Shown piece after piece: positions 27,353 to 35,286 of a stretch of DNA of 64,000 bases (positions are counted from its first letter, which is position 1; each line of letters begins with the position of its first letter). Source of the stretch: an uncultured Planctomycetia bacterium (GTDB lineage: Bacteria > Planctomycetota > GCA-002687715 > DRQF01). The DNA lies in the NCBI GenBank assembly GCA_964559135.1, contig CAZLGG010000004.1, forward strand, positions 3,447-67,446, written 5' to 3'. Below the pieces are notes generated by a model. The model was not told the origin of the DNA. It saw only the letters and a program-made list of their open reading frames with translations, and did no database searches. Position numbers and translations under genes: made by a program.

Positions 27353-28618
27353 TCATCCGACCGACACTTCCGGCCGATCCTCCGTGATCGCACTCCCGAG
27401 CAGGTTCTCATAGAGAGTCTTGACCGGAATGAGGGTGCGATCCCAGTTTCTGATATTTCTCACCGCCTCACGGCCGGCCCGGCCCTCCTCGCGGAGCGCC
27501 TCGTCCGTACGGTCCAGAGCCCGGTTCAAAAGGGCATGCAAGGCCTCGAAGTCCCCGGCACGGAAGGTCTCTCCCACGCCGCATTCCTCGAACAATTCTC
27601 GAATCCCGCCCACGTCGCTCCCCAAGGTGCAGCGCTCCATGGCCATCGCCTCGAGGGGCTTCAAGGGCGTGACCTTCTCGGTCAACCGTTTCGAACGGCG
27701 CGGGTAGATGAAGAGATCCCCGAGGGCGTAGTGGTCCTGCACCTCGTCGTGAGGCACCCTCCCAGTGAGATGCACGACGTCATCCAGCCCCAGCTCTCGG
27801 ACGAGAGCTTCCACGTTGGGCGTGTCCTCGCCGGAACCCACGAGTAGCAAGACGAAGTCGTCCCGCTCCCTGCGCAGTCGATCGGCGGCGCGAACCAGAT
27901 CGGTGAGCCCCTCGTAGAAGAAGAAGCTCCCGATGAATGCGATGACGCGTTTCCCCTCGAAGCCGTAGCGCTCCTCGAGCTCGGCGGGCTTCGGCCGGGG
28001 TTGAAACGTGTCCGGTTCCACACCGTTCTTGACGACCGTGATCTTCTCCGCGGACAGGCCTCGCTCGACGAGGTCCCTTCGCAGGCCCTCGCAGATGCAG
28101 ACCACGGCATCGGCGGCGCGTGTCACCTCGGACTCCAGCCTGCGCACTTGGCGGTAGACGAACCCGTCCTCGGTGATCTTGCCCTTGTCGACAGCATCGT
28201 CTTCCCAGAAGGCGCGGATCTCGTACACGACGGGAATGCCCAATCGCTTGCCGACGGCGACGGCGGCTTGGCCGTTGAAGAAGGGGGAGTGGGCGTGAAT
28301 CAGATCCGGACGGAACGAGCGCCCCACCTCCTCCAGGCGCCGCACCATCGCCCCCGTCATGATCCGCTCCTTCCAAAAGGGGATCTTGAGCTGCACCCGA
28401 GACCACATACGCTTCGGCCGCGCAGTCCGAAAATGGCGAATGCCGTCGAGGATTTCCTCCTCGCCCGCATCCGCCCCGTGGCGGGCCGAAGTGACGACGG
28501 CGACTTCCGCTCCCATGCTCTTCAGTCCGCGCAGGATATACCGGCTCCGGAAGCTGTAGCCGGAATACTGGGGCAAGGAATGGTCGAGCAGATGTAGGAC
28601 ACGCATGCGAAACTCCAA
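27353..28618 (-). CDS. glycosyltransferase family 4 (GT-B, retaining)
   Basis: 421 aa. N-terminal MRVLHLLDHSLPQYSGYSFRSR, C-terminal GT4 signature GSFFFYEGL..LLLVGSGED, EKVTPLKPLEAMAMERCTLGSDVGGIRE (E-x7-E). Resembles exopolysaccharide-locus GT4 enzymes. Confidence 0.85.
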   Translation of the reverse strand: MEFRMRVLHLLDHSLPQYSGYSFRSRYILRGLKSMGAEVAVVTSARHGADAGEEEILDGIRHFRTARPKRMWSRVQLKIPFWKERIMTGAMVRRLEEVGRSFRPDLIHAHSPFFNGQAAVAVGKRLGIPVVYEIRAFWEDDAVDKGKITEDGFVYRQVRRLESEVTRAADAVVCICEGLRRDLVERGLSAEKITVVKNGVEPDTFQPRPKPAELEERYGFEGKRVIAFIGSFFFYEGLTDLVRAADRLRRERDDFVLLLVGSGEDTPNVEALVRELGLDDVVHLTGRVPHDEVQDHYALGDLFIYPRRSKRLTEKVTPLKPLEAMAMERCTLGSDVGGIRELFEECGVGETFRAGDFEALHALLNRALDRTDEALREEGRAGREAVRNIRNWDRTLIPVKTLYENLLGSAITEDRPEVSVG

Positions 28619-28682
28619 CTCACTCTATCGAAATCCCGGGCCTGTTCTCCAAGAAGTCGATATTCTCCCACCGAGAATCTCC

Positions 28683-29480
28683 AGCATGTCGCCTCATCAT
28701 CTTCTCCTCGCCCTCTGCATGGCACTCCTGTCCGCCCTCGGTTGCACGACGGCGCCGGACCTCCCTGAAAACGCCGACCCCATCCAGGCCATGTCCGTCC
28801 TGGGTGAACATGCGGACCATTTCGAGGGCGAGGATCCACGATGCGTCCTGGTCATCATGGATCGCCATTCGGCCCGCCCTGGTTTTCGACGGGTCCGCCT
28901 GCAGTTGCGCCGCATCCAGCGGGAACACCGGCTGCTCATCGAGAATTTCCTCCGGCATGGTTACCGGGTGTTGGGCTGCGAGTACCCCTTCGGCCCTCTC
29001 GAGGAGACCGAGGACACGGCTCGGGAGTACCGCATCGTTCGCACCTGGATGTATCCGAGGGACACCCTCGATGAATACGGCGTCTTTCAGCCCCTCCGCT
29101 TCCAGCTGATGTACCCGCAACTCGAGGTCTGGGGCGTCGAGGATCCGGATCTCCACGCGAAGGACCGCGAGTCTTGGGAGACCTACGTCACGGAAACCGC
29201 TCGGGCTCGACGCAAGGATCAGTCGGAGGCGGACCGGAGGGCTCATCTCGCCCGAGCGGATCGCGCCGCCCGGGAGCTGAATCGCAACGTGCGGGCTCGA
29301 GGCCGCGCGGCGGCTCTCAATCTGTTGGAAGCCCTGGATCGGCTGGGACGAAAACGAGGCATCCTGATCCTGGGCGGCGCCCACATTCCGGCGGCCCTCG
29401 AGGTCTTTCGTCGACGCGGCGTCAGCTACGACGTCTATCGCTCACACCACTACGACGAGCACACCGACGACGCACACTGA
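28683..29480 (+). CDS. hypothetical lipoprotein
   Basis: Lipoprotein signal MSPHHLLLALCMALLSALGC (lipobox LSALGC). 265 aa with no recognisable domain. Divergent from the GT4 gene; the ORF is open from 28605. Confidence 0.5.
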   Translation, partial: SMSPHHLLLALCMALLSALGCTTAPDLPENADPIQAMSVLGEHADHFEGEDPRCVLVIMDRHSARPGFRRVRLQLRRIQREHRLLIENFLRHGYRVLGCEYPFGPLEETEDTAREYRIVRTWMYPRDTLDEYGVFQPLRFQLMYPQLEVWGVEDPDLHAKDRESWETYVTETARARRKDQSEADRRAHLARADRAARELNRNVRARGRAAALNLLEALDRLGRKRGILILGGAHIPAALEVFRRRGVSYDVYRSHHYDEHTDDAH

Positions 29481-29664
29481 TCGAGAACACACCGACCGCG
29501 GCGCATGAACCTGACTCCCGGAACAGCGACGCCCCCGCTCTCCCGGGCCTGGGGAAGCCCACGCTTCCCGTCGGGCGCCCTTCCCTTGCAGGCCTCCACG
29601 GCGTGCCGGATCGGCTTGGTCCGCTCATGAAGACACGAAGTCCATAGCCGTTCTTTTCCCATGA

Positions 29665-30756
29665 GTGGCCAGGTCTCTTGGTGAGTCTCAAAATGTCCGT
29701 CACCTTCGCCGATCCCGTGACGTCTCGATGGCAGACGTGAGGTGTTTTCTCGAGACAAGGAAGGGAGACGTCGTCGTGCACGGAACTCATGATGGGGTGA
29801 CGCGGTTCGTTCTGAGTGATGCGGCGAGGATGAGGACCCTGCTCACGCATCTGCCCGATCCACCCCTCCCCTGGGTCAGCACCCTGGACACACTGGTGCA
29901 TTGGCCGGACGGCTTCGGCGAAGAATCGCCCGGGGCCCGACGAGCGGATATCGTCTTCGCCGGCCTCCCCGCGGCAGACGGGACGCCCCGTACCTGCCTC
30001 GTCTTCGAGAACCAGAGCATTCCCCTGTTGCACATGCCGATGCGCGCCCTCTGGTGCACCGTCCAAGTCTTGCGGGATTTCCGCGAGACCTTCGGACACG
30101 AAGCCACCCTGCCTGAGATCCATATCGTCGTGTTCTACCACGGAGAAAAGCCCTGGAGAGGCCCTCTCGCGTTGTACGTCGACGACGATGACGCACGTCG
30201 CTCCTCCATCAACTGCCGCTTCCATCTCATCGATCTGAATCGCATCAGTGACGAGGACATTCAGGAGCGTCTGGGGACGGGCCTGCTCACCCTGGGGGCC
30301 CTCGTTTTGAAACATGGCCGGCGCCCCGGCATGGGGGACAAGATTCCCGCCTGGGATCGTCACTTCGCCGCCGCCCTCGACGAAAACGGAGGCATGGACG
30401 GGGTCCGTGCCTGCATCGACTATCTTTTGGACGTTTCCGACGTGGGGCTGGAGGAGATTGAAGCCCTTCCCTTCGTACGGGACTCATGGGAGGTGCATAT
30501 CATGCTGAAGACGACGGGGCGAGAGCTCAGAGAAGAAGGTCGCCTCGTAGGCCGGGCCCAAGGGCTCGAGGAGGGCCGGGCCGAGGGCCGCGCGAAAGAG
30601 AGACGGGAGATGCTCCGCCTTCTCTTGCTCCGCCTGTTCGATGGCATTCCGGAGGATCTGGAGACCCGCATCGCAAAAGCATCCCCCGCGACCCTGACGC
30701 TGCTCATCGAAGCCGCCTTCGAGGTGGACGATCCGTCCGATCTCTTGAACGTTTGA
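29665..30756 (+). CDS. Rpn-family recombination-promoting nuclease / putative transposase (YhgA-like PD-(D/E)XK nuclease with C-terminal DUF4351)
   Basis: N-terminal HGTHDGVTRFVLSD..LLTHLP block matches the Rpn PHDxxFKxxL motif region. PD-(D/E)XK-like core (DIVFAG.., LVFENQS..). C-terminal LLLLRLFDGIPEDLETRIAKASPATLTLLIEAAFEVDDPSDLLNV is a typical DUF4351 tail. The start may instead be the Met at 29728. Confidence 0.7.
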   Translation: MARSLGESQNVRHLRRSRDVSMADVRCFLETRKGDVVVHGTHDGVTRFVLSDAARMRTLLTHLPDPPLPWVSTLDTLVHWPDGFGEESPGARRADIVFAGLPAADGTPRTCLVFENQSIPLLHMPMRALWCTVQVLRDFRETFGHEATLPEIHIVVFYHGEKPWRGPLALYVDDDDARRSSINCRFHLIDLNRISDEDIQERLGTGLLTLGALVLKHGRRPGMGDKIPAWDRHFAAALDENGGMDGVRACIDYLLDVSDVGLEEIEALPFVRDSWEVHIMLKTTGRELREEGRLVGRAQGLEEGRAEGRAKERREMLRLLLLRLFDGIPEDLETRIAKASPATLTLLIEAAFEVDDPSDLLNV

Positions 30757-30884
30757 CCTTCAGATCGGTGGTCGTGGGGCATCGAAGGGTTTCCCGGCAC
30801 GCGCGCTCAGGATTGGATGCCACGCCGCCCCCCCGCGGGACGAGGACGCCCCCGCTTCAGGAAGGAGCGAACGACCCGGCGGCT

Positions 30885-32918
30885 CTACGAGGAGTCGCGG
30901 ACCTCGGCGCGGAACTCCTCCTCGAGGGCGGCGACGAGCCGAGATTGACTCCGGTCCACCTCCTCGCTGGTGAGGGTGCGATCCATGGCGCGGTAGGTGA
31001 GCGAAAACGCCAGGCTTTTTTTGCCTGGAGCGATCTGCCGACCGCGGTATTCGTCGAAAAACTCGAGGGCCTCGAGGTCGGGAAGGTCCAAAGCCCGAAT
31101 CGCCGTCTCGATGCGCCCCCAAGGAAGTGAAGCGTCGAGAATGACGGCCAGGTCGCGCTTGACCGGAGGAAACTTGGACAAGGGCTCGTAGTGGGGATCG
31201 AGACGAGCAGACCGCTCCAGGAGGTCCAGGCGGAGCTCGAGGACCATCGGTCGCACCTTCAGCTCATGTCGATCGAGCAGCGCCTGAGCCGGAAAGCCCA
31301 CGAAACCGACAACGGTGCCGTCCCCGAGGCGCACCGCGGCGGCCCCGTCGGGAGCGAGCCAGTGCGCCGCCTTGTCATTGATTGGTGTGAATGCGACGCC
31401 TTCGATGCGCAGCGCTTCGACCAGCGCTTCAACGACTCCCCTCGCCGCACGGAAATCGCCGTCCAGAATCGCGCTGACGAGCGGAAGATGCCGAGGGATC
31501 TCCCCGGGCTTCTCATTCAGATATACGACGGTGCATTCCGCAAGCCGGACGTTCTGGTTGAATCGATCCTGATTCGTCTTCCGGATGGAGAGCAGAGAAG
31601 GGACGAGACTTTGACGCAGCGCATTCTCGTCCTTCCTCATCGCGTTTCGGATGAGGATCGGCTCCGTCGCCGCGAACAGGCACATCCTGGCCTCCTCCTC
31701 GGGCAGGAATGATGTCGTCAGGGACTCCAGGAATCCCGCCGCGATGAGGGTACGCTTGACCACGTCGCGAACCCGGGTGCTGTGAGGATCAAGCACCAAG
31801 GAGACCCGCATCGAGGTTTCCAGCGGGATGTCCTCCAAACCATGGACCCGAATCACTTCCTCCACCAGGTCGATCTCTCGGGTCAGGTCCTTGCGCCAAG
31901 TGGGAGGCCTTGCCGTCACGACCTGGGGAGGTTCGCCGGCGACCTCGATCCGCAGCGCCTCGAAGATCTCGCGGCACCGAGCATGGGGAATCTCGATGCC
32001 GGTGATGCGCTTCACCTGTTCCGGACGGAAACAGATGGTGGGGCGATCGTCCTCGAGGTGATTGACGTCGATGACTCCCTTGGCCCACCTACCGCCCGCC
32101 ACCTTCGCCATCAGGTGTGCGCATCGCCGGGATGCCCACTCCGTCTGGAAGCCGTCCACACCGCGCTCGAAGCGGAAGCTCGCATCCGAATGCAGATTCA
32201 AGCGGCGGGCCGTGGCGCGCACACCCAGGGGCTCGAAACAGGCCGTCTCCAGCAGGATGTCCGTGGTCGCGTCGCCGACTTCCGTGGCCAAGCCGCCCAT
32301 GACACCGGCGATGCCGACGGGGCCGTTCTCGTCCGCGATGACCAAATCCTCGGGGTTCAATTCATAGGTCTTGGCGTTGATCGCCGTCAACGTCTCCCCA
32401 GGTCGCGCCTTGCGGGCGATGAGGTGTGCCCCGTCAATCTTCGGGCGGTCGAAGGCATGGAAGGGCTGATTGGACTCGAACATGACGTAATTCGTCACGT
32501 CGACCACGTTGTTGACGGACCGCAGACCGATGGCCTCGATCCGCCGAACGAGCCAGTCGGGAGACGGCCCCACCCGGGCGCCGCGCAGCACACGGGCCGT
32601 GAAGCGCGGACAGGCCTGCGTGTCCTCGACCGTGACCGCAGCCAGGGTGTTCACGTCGGTGTCCTCCTCATCGAAGGACACATCGGGGAGCATGATCTCG
32701 AGGCCCGCGACCGCCGCCAACTCCCGCGCCAGACCGATGACGCCGTTGCAGTCGACGCGATTGGAGGTCACGGCGAATTCGATGACCCAGTCGTCATCTC
32801 CGGCCGGTTCCCACCACTCGACCTCGGTGCCGGACATGGTGAAAGCCCGGCACATCTCGACGACGTCGCCCGTATAGTCCGGGACCAACTCTCGAATCCA
32901 CTGATAGGTGGCCTTCAT
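30885..32918 (-). CDS. pheT: phenylalanine--tRNA ligase beta subunit (lacks the N-terminal tRNA-binding domain)
   Basis: 677 aa. B3/4 and B5 domains, FDRPKIDGAHLIARKA, RFERGVD, C-terminal FDAD-like anticodon-binding region. Located directly downstream of pheS. Confidence 0.9.
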   Translation of the reverse strand: MKATYQWIRELVPDYTGDVVEMCRAFTMSGTEVEWWEPAGDDDWVIEFAVTSNRVDCNGVIGLARELAAVAGLEIMLPDVSFDEEDTDVNTLAAVTVEDTQACPRFTARVLRGARVGPSPDWLVRRIEAIGLRSVNNVVDVTNYVMFESNQPFHAFDRPKIDGAHLIARKARPGETLTAINAKTYELNPEDLVIADENGPVGIAGVMGGLATEVGDATTDILLETACFEPLGVRATARRLNLHSDASFRFERGVDGFQTEWASRRCAHLMAKVAGGRWAKGVIDVNHLEDDRPTICFRPEQVKRITGIEIPHARCREIFEALRIEVAGEPPQVVTARPPTWRKDLTREIDLVEEVIRVHGLEDIPLETSMRVSLVLDPHSTRVRDVVKRTLIAAGFLESLTTSFLPEEEARMCLFAATEPILIRNAMRKDENALRQSLVPSLLSIRKTNQDRFNQNVRLAECTVVYLNEKPGEIPRHLPLVSAILDGDFRAARGVVEALVEALRIEGVAFTPINDKAAHWLAPDGAAAVRLGDGTVVGFVGFPAQALLDRHELKVRPMVLELRLDLLERSARLDPHYEPLSKFPPVKRDLAVILDASLPWGRIETAIRALDLPDLEALEFFDEYRGRQIAPGKKSLAFSLTYRAMDRTLTSEEVDRSQSRLVAALEEEFRAEVRDSS

Positions 32919-32927
32919 GGCTTACCT

Positions 32928-33938
32928 CTATCGAAACTGCTTCAGGAAACGCACGTCGTTCTCGGTGAGCAACCGGATATCCGGAATTCCGTAACGCCGC
33001 ATGGCCAACCGCTCGATGCCCAGGCCGAAAGCGAAGCCGGTGTACTCTTCCGGATCGATCCCCACCGCCGCGAAGACGTTGGGATCGACCATGCCGCAGC
33101 CGCCCATCTCGATCCATCCCTTGTTCTGACAGGTGCTGCATCCCTCGCCCTTACAGAAGGTGCACGCCACATCGACCTCGGCGCTGGGCTCGGTGAACGG
33201 AAAAAAGTTGGGGCGCAACCGGATCTCCACGTCCTCGCCGAAAAGACCCGAGAAGAAGAGCACGAGCGTGGTCTTCAAGTCCTTCATGGTGAGACCTCGA
33301 TCCACGGCAAGTCCCTCGAGTTGATGGAACATGTAGTGGTGCGATGCGTCCACCGTGTCAGGCCGATAGACGCGACCGGGCGCGATGATCCTGAGGGGCG
33401 GCTTCCTGGTCTCCATCATTCGTATCTGGACGGTCGACGTCTGGCTCCTGAGAAGGAGGTCGTCCGAGAGATAGAAGTTGTCGGCTTCCGAGCGGGCCGG
33501 ATGGTTCGGCGGGATGTTCAAGGCGTTGAAGTTGTGGAATTCGTCCTCGATTTCCGGTCCCTCGACGACCTCGAATCCCAGAGAACGCATGCAGGTGATC
33601 ATGTGGCCCTGCATCTGCGTGATGGGATGCAACCCCCCGCGTTCCGGCTTCTCTCCGGGAAGCGTGATGTCGATCCTTCGTTTGCCCGACGTCGAGCCTC
33701 GTCCCACGTCCTTGGAGCGAACCTCGAAGGCTTCAGCCAGTGCGTTCTTGAGGACATTGACGGCCTGACCGAAAGCGGGCTTCTCGTCTCGGGGCAGCTC
33801 CTTCAGCTTCTTCATCAACCCCGTGACGAAACCCTTCTTGCCCAACCAGGCGATGCGCCAGACCTCCAGGGCCTTGGCGTCCTCCGCGGCGGCGAGCTCG
33901 TCCAGGGCCCGCGTCTTTGCACTCTCGATTTCACTCAT
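32928..33938 (-). CDS. pheS: phenylalanine--tRNA ligase alpha subunit
   Basis: 336 aa. Class II motifs HPARSEADNFYL, RSQTSTVQIRMM, FFPFTEPSAEVDV, GFAFGLGIERLAM. Confidence 0.95.
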   Translation of the reverse strand: MSEIESAKTRALDELAAAEDAKALEVWRIAWLGKKGFVTGLMKKLKELPRDEKPAFGQAVNVLKNALAEAFEVRSKDVGRGSTSGKRRIDITLPGEKPERGGLHPITQMQGHMITCMRSLGFEVVEGPEIEDEFHNFNALNIPPNHPARSEADNFYLSDDLLLRSQTSTVQIRMMETRKPPLRIIAPGRVYRPDTVDASHHYMFHQLEGLAVDRGLTMKDLKTTLVLFFSGLFGEDVEIRLRPNFFPFTEPSAEVDVACTFCKGEGCSTCQNKGWIEMGGCGMVDPNVFAAVGIDPEEYTGFAFGLGIERLAMRRYGIPDIRLLTENDVRFLKQFR

Positions 33939-34011
33939 GGTGGCTCCGGCAAAACGGGAAAACGCCGGCGGAGACTGGGCTCCAAACCGGCGTCGTCTCG
34001 GTCCAAGGCGG

Positions 34012-34362
34012 TCAGAGAGCCGCTTTGGCTGTACTGATGAGCTGTCCGAAGGCCTGAGCGTCGTGGATGGCCAACTCGGAGAGCTGCTTGCGGTCGAGTC
34101 CGATCCCGGCCTTCTTGAGCCCCGACATGAACTGGCTGTAGCTCATGCCCTCGGCCCTCGCCGCCGCGTTGATCCGCTGGATCCAAAGGCGGCGGAACTG
34201 ACGTTTGCGAACCTTGCGGTCCCGGTAGGCGTAGGCGTCCGCGCGGAGAACCGTTTCCTTGGTGATCTTGAGCAGGGTGCCTCGGGCTCCCCAGTAGCCC
34301 TTGGCGCGGCGCATGAGCCGCTTCTTCCGTCGATGCCTGGGGACGGCATTCGTTACTCTCAT
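34012..34362 (-). CDS. rplT: 50S ribosomal protein L20
   Basis: 116 aa. MRVTNAVPRHRRKKRLMRRAKGYWGAR..RQFRRLWIQRINAAAR. Confidence 0.95.
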   Translation of the reverse strand: MRVTNAVPRHRRKKRLMRRAKGYWGARGTLLKITKETVLRADAYAYRDRKVRKRQFRRLWIQRINAAARAEGMSYSQFMSGLKKAGIGLDRKQLSELAIHDAQAFGQLISTAKAAL

Positions 34363-34463
34363 GTTTCAGTCTCTCGTTTGTCGTTTCAGGACACAAACAT
34401 TCCCGGGCCCCGTGCTTCCGACGAGGAAGCGGGTCCCCGGCCCCCGACAGGGCCGAACGGCAT

Positions 34464-34661
34464 TCAGCCGTGTCCGATCATGGCCTTCGCCACCCGCGCG
34501 TCGCCCGGCGCACAGATCAGAGGCTGCCGGAGAGCGCGCTTGCGCTTGGCCGACTTCTTCTGACGAATGTGCCCCTTGAAAGCGCGATAGCGACGCACCT
34601 TTCCCGACTTGGTCAGCTTGAAACGCTTCCTCGCCGAGCGATTCGTCTTCTGCTTGGGCAT
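34464..34661 (-). CDS. rpmI: 50S ribosomal protein L35
   Basis: 65 aa from MPKQKTNRSARKRFKLTKSGKVRRYRAFKGHIRQKKSAKRKRALRQ. The track ORF extends 8 codons further upstream. Confidence 0.9.
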   Translation of the reverse strand: MPKQKTNRSARKRFKLTKSGKVRRYRAFKGHIRQKKSAKRKRALRQPLICAPGDARVAKAMIGHG

Positions 34662-34691
34662 GGTCTCTACCTTTTCGTCTGGCACCCCGAC

Positions 34692-35237
34692 TCAATTCTT
34701 CTTGATGGGCGCAACCACCATGTTCATACGACGCCCCTCGATACTGGGCGGTCGTTCGACCTTGCACACGTCGGAGAGTTCTTGAACGATGTCCTGGAGG
34801 ATAGCAAGGGGAATCTCCGGGTGAGTGATTTCACGTCCCCTGAAGATCACCATGAAGCAGACCTTGTTGCCTTCCTCGAGAAACTTCCGCGCCTTGCGCT
34901 TCTTCACCTCGATGTCGTGCGTGTCCGTCTTCGGTCTCAAGCGCACTTCCTTGACCTGCATGTTGTGCTGCTTGGCCTTGGACTGCTGGGCCTTCTTTTT
35001 TTGCTCGTACTTGTACTTTCCGTAGTCCATGATTTTGCAAACGGGCGGCTTGGCGGTGGGCGAGATCTCGACGAGATCCAACCCGTATTCCTGCGCCCGT
35101 CGCAAGGCCTCGTCCCTGGCCATCACGCCCAACATCTCTCCCTCCGGTCCGATGACCCTGAGAGGTGAAATCCGGATGTGCATGTTGAGACGCACGCGCG
35201 GCGCGTCGGGGGGGCCTGGGCGACGGAAACGTCTCAA
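34692..35237 (-). CDS. infC: translation initiation factor IF-3 (probable TTG start)
   Basis: ISPLRVIGPEGEMLGVMARDEALRRAQEYGLDLVEI..VCKIMDYGKYKYEQKK..VKEVRLRPKTDTHD. The first in-frame codon is TTG, with SD GGAGAA 6 nt upstream, consistent with the non-AUG starts usual for infC. Confidence 0.85.
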   Translation of the reverse strand: MRRFRRPGPPDAPRVRLNMHIRISPLRVIGPEGEMLGVMARDEALRRAQEYGLDLVEISPTAKPPVCKIMDYGKYKYEQKKKAQQSKAKQHNMQVKEVRLRPKTDTHDIEVKKRKARKFLEEGNKVCFMVIFRGREITHPEIPLAILQDIVQELSDVCKVERPPSIEGRRMNMVVAPIKKN

Positions 35238-35286
35238 GACTCATTCTCCAAGATCATCAAATCGTTCTTAACTCCTCTGTGCTCGT

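Noticed and set aside
29481-29664. Degenerate third copy of the REP-like repeat (GTGACGTCTCGATGGCAGACGTGAGG) upstream of the Rpn gene
   Set aside because: Only about 10 nt resemble the repeat arm. It is not distinguishable from chance in GC-rich DNA.
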